The notes under the pieces are model-generated. The model was not told the origin of the DNA, did not search any database, and saw only the letters and a program-made list of their open reading frames with translations. From Candidatus Avibacteroides faecavium (GTDB lineage: Bacteria > Bacteroidota > Bacteroidia > Bacteroidales > Bacteroidaceae), in contig DVLS01000146.1 of NCBI GenBank assembly GCA_018715385.1, positions 1 to 40,736 of the forward strand: 40,736 nucleotides of DNA, in the 5' to 3' direction. Made by a program: the position numbers and the translations under genes. This document shows positions 1 through 8,485 of this stretch, in pieces; positions within the stretch are counted from its first letter, which is position 1; every line of letters starts with the position of its first letter.

Positions 1-170
1 AGTATATTCAAAAGTTTTGTTTATATATTCAAAACTTCTGTTTATATAAACAAAAGTTTTGTTTTAATATTCAGAAGTTTTGTTTTTACTTTTGGTCTGA
101 CCTTATGGAGGTTTATGCCTGACGATATGGAAGTTTATGCCAGGCATCATGGGAACAGACACCAGACATC
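1..170. repeat. Family-1 phased palindromic-core repeat element, copy A (left side cut by window edge)
   Basis: Four 11-nt near-palindromic cores CA(A/G)AA(G/C)TT(T/C)TG lie at 9-19, 30-40, 51-61 and 72-82, with exact 21-bp spacing. They are followed by 22-nt direct units ATGGAGGTTTATGCCTGACGAT (105-126) and ATGGAAGTTTATGCCAGGCATC (127-148). Positions 1-65 differ from 5525-5589 at only 2 positions by eye. Confidence 0.85.
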
Positions 171-257
171 ACAGGCACAGAGACGCACAGAGGGGCAGGA
201 TTTACTAATTCATTCTAAATAATCCCCACGACCGCCACGGGCAGGCACGCCTATAAT

Positions 258-265
258 TATATTTG
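258..265 (+). promoter_or_regulatory. Bacteroidota-type -7 promoter box (TATATTTG) for the M3 peptidase operon
   Basis: Exact match to TAnnTTTG, 17 nt upstream of the ATG at 283. Motif only. Confidence 0.55.
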
Positions 266-282
266 CACACAAAACGACGAGA

Positions 283-2328
283 ATGATGACAAAGAGCGAC
301 AATCCATTCATAAACAGAGACTGGGGCACGCCCCACGGGACTATCCCGTTTGACAAAATACATTACGAGCACTACGAGGAGGCCATCGAATTAGGGATGA
401 AGGAGGAGATGGACGAAATCGCACGCATCACCGCCAACCCAGACACCCCGACATTCGCCAACACGGTGCTTGCCATCGAGCAGGCGGGCGAGACGCTCGA
501 GGTGGCGACAACGGTGCTGGGCAACCACCTCAGTGCGCTGGCGACCGACGAGCTGCACGCCATCGCTGAGAGGGTGATGCCGAGGCTGACGGCGCACTCT
601 AACAAAATAATGCTCGACAAGGCCCTCTTCGAGCGGGTCAAGCACGTCTGGGAAGGAATGGACGCTGCCGGTCTCGACGAGGAGCAGAGGATGGTGACGG
701 ACAAACTGTACAAGTCGTTCACGCGCAACGGCGCACTGCTCGACGAGAAACAGAAGGAGGACTACGACGCCATCACGCAAGAGCTGAGCCTGCTCAGCCT
801 CACATTCGAGCAGAACAACCTCAAGGACAAAAACCGCTTCACCCTGCACGTGACAGATGCAGGCGAACTGGCGGGCATCCCCGACAGCATCCATGCCCTT
901 GCCGCCGACAAGGCACGCGAGCGGGGCGTTGACGGATGGACGTTCACGCTGGATGCGCCGATGTACGTGCCGTTCATGCGCTATGCCGCCAACCGCGAGC
1001 TGCGCCGCAGGATGTATGTCGCCTACAACACCATCTCGGCCAAGGGCGACGAGCTTGACAACAAAGAGACCGTGCGCCGCACCGTCAACCTCCGCCGCAA
1101 GGTGGCAGGGATGCTCGGCTACGGGACTTTCGCCGAGTACGTGCTGGCAAACCGCATGGCCGAATGCACCGCCAACGTCTACGCGATGCTCGACACGCTG
1201 GCCGGCAACTATATGCCGCTGGCGCGGGAAGAATACGAGAGGGTCAAGGCCCTTGCCCGCGAGACGGACGGGCTGGACGAAGTGATGCCGTGGGACTGGA
1301 GCTATTACTCGGAGAAACTGAGGAAAAAGGAATATGACCTCGACGAGGAGGAGGTCAAGGAGTACTTTGAGCTGAACGAGGTCATCCGTGGCGTGTTCGG
1401 CCTTGCGACACGGCTCTACGGGCTGACGTTCAAGGCGAATGCGGCAATCCCCGTCTATGCCGACGGCGTAAAGGCATTCGAGGTCTACGACGGCGACGGG
1501 CGGTTCATGGCAATGCTCTACACCGACTTCCACCCACGTGCCACCAAGCAGTCGGGTGCGTGGATGACCGAGTACCGCCCGCAGTGGCGCGACGCGGCAG
1601 GCGACCACCGTCCCCATGTCTCGCTGGTGATGAACTTCAACCCACCGACCGACGGCAAACCGTCATTGCTCACACATGACGAGGTCAACACTTTCCTCCA
1701 TGAGTTCGGCCATGCCCTGCACGGGATGTTGTCAGACGTGACCTACCGCAGCATCAGCGGCACGAGCGTCTACCGCGACTTCGTGGAGCTGCCGTCACAG
1801 TTCATGGAGAACTACTCGACCGAGAGCGCATTCCTCAACACCTTTGCCCGCCACTACCAGACAGGCGAGCCGATGCCCGAAGCGTTGATTGAGAAAATCA
1901 AAAAGGCCGAGAACTTCAATGTGGGATATGCCTGCACGAGGCAGGTGTCACTCGCCGCGCTCGACATGGCATGGCACGACAGGGACGAAGACTTCGAGGG
2001 CGACGTGGAGCAATATGAAAAGCAAGTGTTCGCCAAGTACGCCGTCCTGCCCCAAGTGGAGGGGACGATGATGAGCACACAGTTCGGGCACATCTTCTCG
2101 GGAGGCTATGCAGCAGGCTACTACGGCTACAAATGGGCGGAGATACTCGACGCGGACGCATTCGCCAAGTTCAAGGAGAACGGCATCTTCGACCAGACAA
2201 CCGCGCAATCATTCCGCGACAACATCCTCTCGCGGGGCGGTGCCGAGCATCCGATGACCCTCTATGTCAAGTTCCGAGGCCGCAAGCCCACCATCGACGC
2301 ACTGCTCAAAAGGAACGGAATCAGATGA
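283..2328 (+). CDS. dcp: M3 family zinc metallopeptidase (peptidyl-dipeptidase Dcp / oligopeptidase A-like)
   Basis: 681-aa ORF with the HEXXH motif in FLHEFGHALHG. Length and N-terminal NPF...W.TP.G..PF pattern are typical of M3A peptidases. Confidence 0.93.
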   Translation: MMTKSDNPFINRDWGTPHGTIPFDKIHYEHYEEAIELGMKEEMDEIARITANPDTPTFANTVLAIEQAGETLEVATTVLGNHLSALATDELHAIAERVMPRLTAHSNKIMLDKALFERVKHVWEGMDAAGLDEEQRMVTDKLYKSFTRNGALLDEKQKEDYDAITQELSLLSLTFEQNNLKDKNRFTLHVTDAGELAGIPDSIHALAADKARERGVDGWTFTLDAPMYVPFMRYAANRELRRRMYVAYNTISAKGDELDNKETVRRTVNLRRKVAGMLGYGTFAEYVLANRMAECTANVYAMLDTLAGNYMPLAREEYERVKALARETDGLDEVMPWDWSYYSEKLRKKEYDLDEEEVKEYFELNEVIRGVFGLATRLYGLTFKANAAIPVYADGVKAFEVYDGDGRFMAMLYTDFHPRATKQSGAWMTEYRPQWRDAAGDHRPHVSLVMNFNPPTDGKPSLLTHDEVNTFLHEFGHALHGMLSDVTYRSISGTSVYRDFVELPSQFMENYSTESAFLNTFARHYQTGEPMPEALIEKIKKAENFNVGYACTRQVSLAALDMAWHDRDEDFEGDVEQYEKQVFAKYAVLPQVEGTMMSTQFGHIFSGGYAAGYYGYKWAEILDADAFAKFKENGIFDQTTAQSFRDNILSRGGAEHPMTLYVKFRGRKPTIDALLKRNGIR

Positions 2329-2768
2329 TGAGACACCTCACCATATATATAATGATATGCATCGCCGCCCTGTGCTTCCACTCGTGCAGCCCCGAGGATG
2401 ACATCAATGGCATCTTCGTCGGCAAGACATGGAAGCTGAGCAACATCTGCAACGACAAGGACGCGCCGATGCTCAGCCAGGACGATGTCGATCAGGTGAA
2501 CGTGGGGGGACGCTTCGTCATCACATTCAGCGAAAGCACATTCACCGCCCGGGCAACGACGATGGAGGTCGAGGGCACATGGCAGGCGGTGAACGACGGC
2601 AACGCATTCGCCGTCACCATCACGAAGACCGACGGGACAGAAAGCACGGCACTCGGCAACCGCTTCATCGAGATGCTGAGAGGCAGCAGCTACTACCAGG
2701 CAGACTACAACACACTCCAGCTCTACAACGAGGGGAGGACGGAATACCTACTATTCAGACTACAGTGA
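2325..2768 (+). CDS. Small hypothetical lipoprotein (lipocalin/META-like by size, function unknown)
   Basis: Internal ATG at 2325 overlaps the dcp stop (ATGA). The N-terminus MMRHLTIYIMICIAALCFHSC has a signal peptide plus lipobox Cys. The ORF-track start at 2133 lies inside dcp. Confidence 0.75.
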   Translation: MMRHLTIYIMICIAALCFHSCSPEDDINGIFVGKTWKLSNICNDKDAPMLSQDDVDQVNVGGRFVITFSESTFTARATTMEVEGTWQAVNDGNAFAVTITKTDGTESTALGNRFIEMLRGSSYYQADYNTLQLYNEGRTEYLLFRLQ

Positions 2769-2772
2769 AATC

Positions 2773-3216
2773 ATGGAAAAGGACAGCAAACAGACAGAAT
2801 TGGACAAGAGGTATATGCGGATGGCAATCATCTGGTCGGAAAACTCCTACTGCCGCCGCCGCAAGGTCGGTGCGCTCATCGTCAAGGACAAGATGATCAT
2901 CTCGGACGGATACAACGGCACGCCTGCCGGTTTCGAGAATATCTGCGAGGACGATGACAACAAGACTTTGCCCTACGTGCTCCACGCAGAGGCCAACGCC
3001 ATAACGAAAATCGCCTGCTCTAACAATTCGAGCCGGGGCGCGACACTCTACGTCACCGACGCGCCGTGCATCGAATGCTCAAAACTCATCATACAGGCCG
3101 GCATCAAGCGCGTGGTCTACGCCAAGAAATACCGCCTTGAGGACGGCATCAACCTGCTGAGACGCGCAAACATCGAAGTGGAACAACTCGAAACAGACAT
3201 CAACGATGAACATTAA
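2773..3216 (+). CDS. dCMP deaminase (ComEB-like cytidine/deoxycytidylate deaminase family)
   Basis: 147 aa with the zinc-ligand motifs HAEANAI and PCIECSKLI (H-A-E ... PCxxC). Confidence 0.92.
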   Translation: MEKDSKQTELDKRYMRMAIIWSENSYCRRRKVGALIVKDKMIISDGYNGTPAGFENICEDDDNKTLPYVLHAEANAITKIACSNNSSRGATLYVTDAPCIECSKLIIQAGIKRVVYAKKYRLEDGINLLRRANIEVEQLETDINDEH

Positions 3217-4822
3217 GAAATTCATCCCCCTCATCGTGGCAGCCAGCATCGTGGCAGGGGTATTCATAGGCTTCTTCTATTCTAACGGCAGGGATGTCAG
3301 GACAGGGTTCATCGGCAACCAGTCCAACAAAATAGACGCGCTGCTCAACATCATTGACAACCAATACGTCGACACGGTCAACGTCGCCGACATCGTCGAG
3401 CAAGCCATGCCGCAAATACTGTCAGAGCTCGACCCCCACTCCACCTACATCTCGGCAAAAGACCGCCAAGCCGCCAATGAGGAACTCGAAGGCTCGTTCT
3501 GCGGCATCGGCGTGCAATTCCTGCCAAGCAACGACACCATCCATGTGATGCGCGTCATCCCGGGAGGCCCGTCTGACAAGGTGGGCATCATCGCCGGCGA
3601 CAGGATAATAGCCGTCGATGACAGCACCATCGTCGGCGCGGACGATGCCCTCGTCATGAAGAAACTCAAAGGCCCGAGGGACACCAAGGTCAAAGTGACC
3701 GTCCTGCGCCAGGCGAGCGGCGAGCAAATCGACTTCACCATACTGCGTGGCGACATCCCCCTCAAGAGCGTGGACGCTTGCTATATGCTGACCGACAAGA
3801 CGGGCTACATGAAGATAAACACTTTCTCGCTCAGTACCTACGAGGAGATGCTCAGCGGCATTGCGCGTCTGAAGTACCAGAACTGCCAAGGCATCATCAT
3901 CGACCTGCGCGACAACCTCGGCGGGGTGCTTGAGATTGCCATCAAGATGATCAACGAATTCCTGCCCCAAGGCCGTCTCATCGTCTACACCGAGGGACGC
4001 AAGTCGCCGCGCCAGGACTACTACTCCGACGGGCACGGCACCTGCCAGGGGATGCCGGTGGCGGTGCTCATCAACGAGGCATCGGCATCGGCCAGCGAGA
4101 TATTCAGCGGAGCCATCCAGGACAATGACCGTGGCACCGTCATCGGCCTGAGGTCATTCGGCAAAGGACTGGTGCAGCAACCCATCGAGCTCAACGACGG
4201 GTCAGAGGTGCGCCTCACCATCGCCCGCTACTTCACGCCGTCGGGACGCTGCATCCAACGCTCCTACACCCACGGGCAGAACGACGACTACAACCTCGAC
4301 ATACTCAAACGCTACGAGCACGGCGAACTGTTCTCCAAGGACAGCATCTCAACCGACAGCCTCCCGAGCTACGAGACCGCCGGCGGGCGCACCGTCTACG
4401 GCGGCGGGGGCATAATCCCCGACATCTTCATCCCCCAGGACACCACGGGCTACACCTCCTACCTCAGGCAACTGAACATCGAGGGGCTGTTCAGCAAGTT
4501 CGCATTCGAGTTCACCGACGGCAACCGCGCCACGCTCGCCGCCATTGGCAACGAGGACGACCTCGCCGCCTACCTCGACCGCCACAACGTCGTCGAACAG
4601 TTCATCCGCTATGCCGACAAGCACGGGGTGAAGCGGCGCAACCTGCTGATACAAAAGTCCTACACCCTCATCAAGCGTTTCCTCTACGCCTCCATCATCT
4701 ACGACCGGTTTGACATCGAGGAGTACATCAAGTACACCAACCAGACCGACAAGACGGTGCAACGCGCCGTGGAGGTGATTGAGAAATACGGTGCAGACCC
4801 CTTCAAACTCCCTGGCGACTGA
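3206..4822 (+). CDS. S41 family C-terminal processing peptidase (Ctp/Prc-like) with PDZ domain
   Basis: N-terminal membrane anchor and a PDZ-like segment GIGV...PGGPSDKVGIIAGDRIIAVDD. The S41 core motif NEASASASEIFSGAIQDNDRGTVIG is present. Overlaps the upstream gene by 11 nt. Confidence 0.92.
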   Translation: MNIKKFIPLIVAASIVAGVFIGFFYSNGRDVRTGFIGNQSNKIDALLNIIDNQYVDTVNVADIVEQAMPQILSELDPHSTYISAKDRQAANEELEGSFCGIGVQFLPSNDTIHVMRVIPGGPSDKVGIIAGDRIIAVDDSTIVGADDALVMKKLKGPRDTKVKVTVLRQASGEQIDFTILRGDIPLKSVDACYMLTDKTGYMKINTFSLSTYEEMLSGIARLKYQNCQGIIIDLRDNLGGVLEIAIKMINEFLPQGRLIVYTEGRKSPRQDYYSDGHGTCQGMPVAVLINEASASASEIFSGAIQDNDRGTVIGLRSFGKGLVQQPIELNDGSEVRLTIARYFTPSGRCIQRSYTHGQNDDYNLDILKRYEHGELFSKDSISTDSLPSYETAGGRTVYGGGGIIPDIFIPQDTTGYTSYLRQLNIEGLFSKFAFEFTDGNRATLAAIGNEDDLAAYLDRHNVVEQFIRYADKHGVKRRNLLIQKSYTLIKRFLYASIIYDRFDIEEYIKYTNQTDKTVQRAVEVIEKYGADPFKLPGD

Positions 4823-5382
4823 TGGACAAGGCAACACTGCGCAGCGAAATCCGCCGCCTCAAGCGGACGTTCCCCCGCGAGCAACTCGACACGTGGTCGC
4901 AAGCCATCACCCGCGCCCTGCTCAACGACGGGTGCATCGGGGCGGCACGGCGCGTGTTGCTCTACCACCCGCTGCCCGACGAGGTTGACACCACCGCCCT
5001 CATCGCACGGCTGCAAGCCACGCACGACATCATCCTGCCCGTAGTCGTAGGCGACGACCTGGTGCTGCGGCAGCACGACGGGCGGTTGGTCGAGGGCGCA
5101 TTCGGCATACTCGAACCGACAGGGCCGCTCCTCGACGACCCCTCGGGCATAGACCTCGCCATCATCCCTGGCATGGCATTCGACACAGCGGGCAACCGTC
5201 TCGGACGCGGCAAAGGCTACTACGACCGCCTCCTCCCACGCCTTGACTGCACAAAGGTGGGCATCTGCTTCCCGTTCCAACTCCGAGACGCAGTGCCGCA
5301 CGAGGCGCACGACATCCCCATGGACGCTGTCGCGACCATCATCGGCAGCACGGCGGCCATCATCGAAGCGCACCGTCACTGA
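4822..5382 (+). CDS. 5-formyltetrahydrofolate cyclo-ligase
   Basis: 186 aa with the characteristic GRGKGYYDR motif. The start overlaps the upstream stop (TGATG). Confidence 0.9.
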   Translation: MDKATLRSEIRRLKRTFPREQLDTWSQAITRALLNDGCIGAARRVLLYHPLPDEVDTTALIARLQATHDIILPVVVGDDLVLRQHDGRLVEGAFGILEPTGPLLDDPSGIDLAIIPGMAFDTAGNRLGRGKGYYDRLLPRLDCTKVGICFPFQLRDAVPHEAHDIPMDAVATIIGSTAAIIEAHRH

Positions 5383-5473
5383 CACCCACCGCCGGCAGTG
5401 ACATGGCAGCCCTCGCCGGAAGCCACGTCAAGGCATCCGCAAGGCTGGGCAAGGCATAAAATCAATGACAATA

Positions 5474-5665
5474 GACATAAACTTGCACCACTCGCCGAGA
5501 AAAGTTCCATGTCTCGGCGAGTAAAGTACATTCAAAAGTTTTGTTTGTATATTCAAAACTTCTGTTTATATAAACAAAAGTTTTGTTTTTACATTACTCA
5601 CCGAGACAGGGAACTTTTCTCGGCGAGGGATGGAACTTTTCTCGGCGTGTCCCCAAATTTATGTC
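5474..5665. repeat. Family-1 phased palindromic-core repeat element, copy B (complete)
   Basis: Cores lie at 5533-5543, 5554-5564 and 5575-5585 with 21-bp spacing. The 33-nt arms 5491-5523 and 5595-5627 are reverse-complementary at 31/33 positions. An outer GACATAAA/TTTATGTC inverted pair sits at 5474-5481 and 5658-5665. Confidence 0.9.
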
Positions 5666-5700
5666 CCGACCAACCTGCCGTGAGTGCGCAGGCAACGGCC

Positions 5701-5748
5701 GGACATAAACAACCGTGGCGGCCCCACTGTCTCGTGAGACCGCCACGG
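5701..5748 (-). terminator. Probable intrinsic terminator of ilvE
   Basis: A CCGTGGCGG (5713-5721) / CCGCCACGG (5740-5748) 9-bp stem starts 24 nt after the ilvE stop. On the minus strand it is followed by TTGTTTAT. The loop is long (18 nt), so confidence is only moderate. Confidence 0.5.
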
Positions 5749-5771
5749 TGCTTGAAAGTCTTGCTGCCGAA

Positions 5772-6791
5772 TCAATCGACGTAGGTGATCCAGCCGTGGG
5801 TGTCGGGCTCGTCGCCGTACTGGATGGCGCGCAGCTTGTTGTACAGCTTCAGGCACACCTTGCCCGGCTCGCCGTCGTGGCTGAAGACATACGACTTGTT
5901 TTCATCGATGTCGTCGATGCGTGACACGGGGCTGATGACCGCAGCCGTGCCGCACGCGCCCGCTTCGTCGAATGTCGCGAGCTCCTCGACGGTGATGTGC
6001 CTGCGCTCGACCGTCATGCCCATCTCCTCGGCAAGGGTCATGAGGCTCTTGTTGGTGATTGACGGGAGGATGGAGTCTGACTTGGGCGTGATGTAGCTGT
6101 TGCCACGGATGGCGAAGAAGTTGGCCGGGCCGCACTCGTCAAGGTACTTCTTCTCCTTGGAGTCAAGGTAGAGGACGGCCGAGTAGCCCATCTCGTGCGC
6201 CTTCTCGCCTGCCACGAGGCTGGCTGCATAGTTGCCGCCGACCTTGATGGTGCCCGTGCCGAGCGGCGCGACGCGGTCGTACTGGCGCATGATGGCATAG
6301 GGGGTCGGCTTGAAGCCTGCCTTGAAGTAGGGACCGACGGGGGTCACGAAGACGACAAACATATAGTCCTTGGCCGGCTTGACACCCACCTGCGCCGTCG
6401 TGCCGAAGAGCAGCGGGCGGATGTAGAGCGATGCTCCGCTCTCATAGGGCGGCACGAAGCGTTCATTGAGCTTGACGACCTTGAGGACGGCTTCCTCAAA
6501 CTTCTCGATGGGAAGCTCGGCCATCATGATGCCACGGCTCGAGGACTGCATACGCTCGGCGTTGTCGCGCATACGGAAGATGCGGACGCGGCCGTCCTTG
6601 CCACGGAAGGCTTTCATGCCCTCGAATGCCTCTTGCCCGTAGTGCAGGCAGGTGGCAGCCATGTGGATGTTGATGTATTCGCTGCTTGACACTTCGAGTT
6701 CGCCCCAAACCCCGTTCTTGCACACGCAACGCACGTTGTAGTCTGTCGGCATATAACCGAATGTCAGGTCTGACCAATTGATTTGTTCCAT
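5772..6791 (-). CDS. ilvE: Branched-chain amino acid aminotransferase
   Basis: 339 aa class-IV aminotransferase pattern (FEGMKAFRGKDG, LGTGTIKVGGNYAAS, PSITNKS). Confidence 0.93.
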   Translation of the reverse strand: MEQINWSDLTFGYMPTDYNVRCVCKNGVWGELEVSSSEYINIHMAATCLHYGQEAFEGMKAFRGKDGRVRIFRMRDNAERMQSSSRGIMMAELPIEKFEEAVLKVVKLNERFVPPYESGASLYIRPLLFGTTAQVGVKPAKDYMFVVFVTPVGPYFKAGFKPTPYAIMRQYDRVAPLGTGTIKVGGNYAASLVAGEKAHEMGYSAVLYLDSKEKKYLDECGPANFFAIRGNSYITPKSDSILPSITNKSLMTLAEEMGMTVERRHITVEELATFDEAGACGTAAVISPVSRIDDIDENKSYVFSHDGEPGKVCLKLYNKLRAIQYGDEPDTHGWITYVD

Positions 6792-6835
6792 AATAATTAT
6801 ATTTAAGAATTAATGCTTTTGGTTTCTATTGCGAG

Positions 6836-6843
6836 CAAATGTA
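6836..6843 (-). promoter_or_regulatory. -7 promoter box (TACATTTG on minus strand) for ilvE
   Basis: Plus-strand CAAATGTA is the reverse complement of TAnnTTTG, 44 nt upstream of the ilvE ATG. Confidence 0.5.
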
Positions 6844-6887
6844 GGCAATTAATTCAATGCTTGCCCACCGCCGCTGCATAAAATGTG

Positions 6888-7100
6888 TCACTGCGCGGCA
6901 TCTTGTGCCTTGTTGTCGAGGATTGATGCCACCTCTTGGTCCACCTTGTGCAACTTGTCGTTGCAGTAGGCGATGAGTTCCTTGGCTTCCTTGAGCACCG
7001 GGACAAGCTCGTCGATGTCGAAACGGTTGTTCTCGATGCCGTCCATGATTTCTTCGAGACGCTTCATTGCGACTCCGTAGGTCATTTTTGTCGTGGTCAT
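6888..7100 (-). CDS. xseB: Exodeoxyribonuclease VII small subunit
   Basis: 70-aa helical protein (MKRLEEIMDGIENNRFDIDELVPVLKEAKELIAYCNDKL) immediately downstream of xseA. An alternative ATG exists at 7085. Confidence 0.88.
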   Translation of the reverse strand: MTTTKMTYGVAMKRLEEIMDGIENNRFDIDELVPVLKEAKELIAYCNDKLHKVDQEVASILDNKAQDAAQ

Positions 7101-7102
7101 TG

Positions 7103-8485
7103 CTATTGTCTGGTTTTGTTAATCGTGATTGTCGTTTTGCCGTCGGCCATCTCGACTTCGTAGTCATGCCCCTCCTCCAGCGATGCGACGGTGCGGACAG
7201 CCACGCCGCCCGTGCGGATGATTGAGAAACCTTTGCGCAGCACGTTGGACGGATCGGACGCTGCCGCGATGCCCTCCATCAATTGCAGCCGGCCGCGTTG
7301 GCGGTCGAGCCGCGTCCTGACGGCGAAAGCCAGACGGTCGCCGATGCGGTCGAGCGATGACGAGTGCCGTCCGCAGTGCATCGAGACGAGTGCCGGCATC
7401 CGTGCAGTGACTGCCGCAAGTCGTGCCGTGGACGTGTGCAACCTCGTGCGGAGCTGGCGGTCAAGCCGTGATTGCGCGCCGGCAATCCATGCCTTGTGCG
7501 CAATGATGAGAGCCGTCGCCGCGCGGTCGAGACGGGAGACACCCGTGCCGAGCAACAGTTTTTGCCGCGCGATTGATGCCGTGATGCTGGTGGTGATTGC
7601 CGATGCTATGCCCTCAAGCCGCGTGACAAAGGCGTGGTCGTGAGTGATGATGTGTTGCGCGGCGGCGGTAGGTGTCTTGACTGCCACGCAGGCGACCTCA
7701 TCGACGACGGTGCGGTCGCGCTCATGACCTATGCCCGAGATGACCGGCAAGGGATACTGTGCCACGTGAAAGGCTATGTCAAACGAATCGAAAGCCGAGA
7801 GGTCGGAAGTCGCTCCACCGCCACGCACGAGCACTACCGCGTCGAATTCCTCGCTGCGGGCATTGATTGCGTCAAGCGCAGCTATAACGCTGTCCTCGAC
7901 ACGGTCGCCCTGCATCGCGGCAGGGAACAGCTCGATGTGAAAGGCTATGCCATAAGGATTGCCGCGCAACTGGTCGCAGAAGTCGCCATAACCCGCCGCC
8001 GTCGGCGACGAGATGACTGCTATGCGCTGGACCACGGCGGGCAAGCCGAGTTCGCGGTTCATGCCAATGACCCCGGCCTGCTCAAGGCGGAGCATGATTT
8101 CCTTGCGTTTCATATAGAGGTCGCCGAGCGTGTAGGCCGAGTCTATATCTATAATGTTGAGCGAATAACCGTAGAGTTCGTGAAACTCGACGGTGACATT
8201 GACACGCACCTTCATCCCCGCTGTGATGTCGCGCCCTGTCTCTTGCATGAACTTGCGGCGAAGCCTGGTGAAGACGTTGCTCCAGACCGTTCCACGCGCT
8301 TTGGCTATAAGGTTCGTCCCCTCATCCTTTTCAACCATCTCGACGAAACAGTGCCCGTTGCTCGCTGTCCGCACCTCATTCAGTTCGGCAACGACCCAGT
8401 AGGAATCGGGCAAGACTTTCTTTATACCGAAGCTGACGATGGAATTGAGTTCGTATAGCGTCAAGGTTCCCGCAGTCTCATTCAT
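7103..8485 (-). CDS. xseA: Exodeoxyribonuclease VII large subunit
   Basis: N-terminal OB-fold region and the RGGGATSDLSAFD motif. The ORF-track start (8569) is GTG inside the upstream gene. The ATG at 8485 (MNETAGTLTLYELN) overlaps the upstream stop by 8 nt. Confidence 0.92.
   Translation of the reverse strand: MNETAGTLTLYELNSIVSFGIKKVLPDSYWVVAELNEVRTASNGHCFVEMVEKDEGTNLIAKARGTVWSNVFTRLRRKFMQETGRDITAGMKVRVNVTVEFHELYGYSLNIIDIDSAYTLGDLYMKRKEIMLRLEQAGVIGMNRELGLPAVVQRIAVISSPTAAGYGDFCDQLRGNPYGIAFHIELFPAAMQGDRVEDSVIAALDAINARSEEFDAVVLVRGGGATSDLSAFDSFDIAFHVAQYPLPVISGIGHERDRTVVDEVACVAVKTPTAAAQHIITHDHAFVTRLEGIASAITTSITASIARQKLLLGTGVSRLDRAATALIIAHKAWIAGAQSRLDRQLRTRLHTSTARLAAVTARMPALVSMHCGRHSSSLDRIGDRLAFAVRTRLDRQRGRLQLMEGIAAASDPSNVLRKGFSIIRTGGVAVRTVASLEEGHDYEVEMADGKTTITINKTRQ

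Noticed and set aside
391-1617. 408-aa ORF antisense to the M3 peptidase gene. Similar long antisense ORFs occur at 7634-8458, 11133-12110, 20543-21256, 22407-23249, 34937-35560 and 37940-38626.
   Set aside because: Each lies fully inside a gene with strong family motifs on the other strand. The proteins are Arg/Gly/His/Val-rich low-complexity translations typical of shadow ORFs in GC-rich coding DNA. None has a promoter box or recognisable motifs.
5398-5784. ORFs 5398-5784 (+) and 37516-37866 (-) encoding heptad-like IQKFCLY/IQNFCLY/KQKFCFY repeats.
   Set aside because: The shared peptide is only the in-frame reading of the 21-nt repeat (7 codons), and the flanking parts of the two ORFs are unrelated. 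One starts at GTG and the other at TTG. They run through hairpins, promoter boxes and a terminator. I treat them as non-coding repeats.
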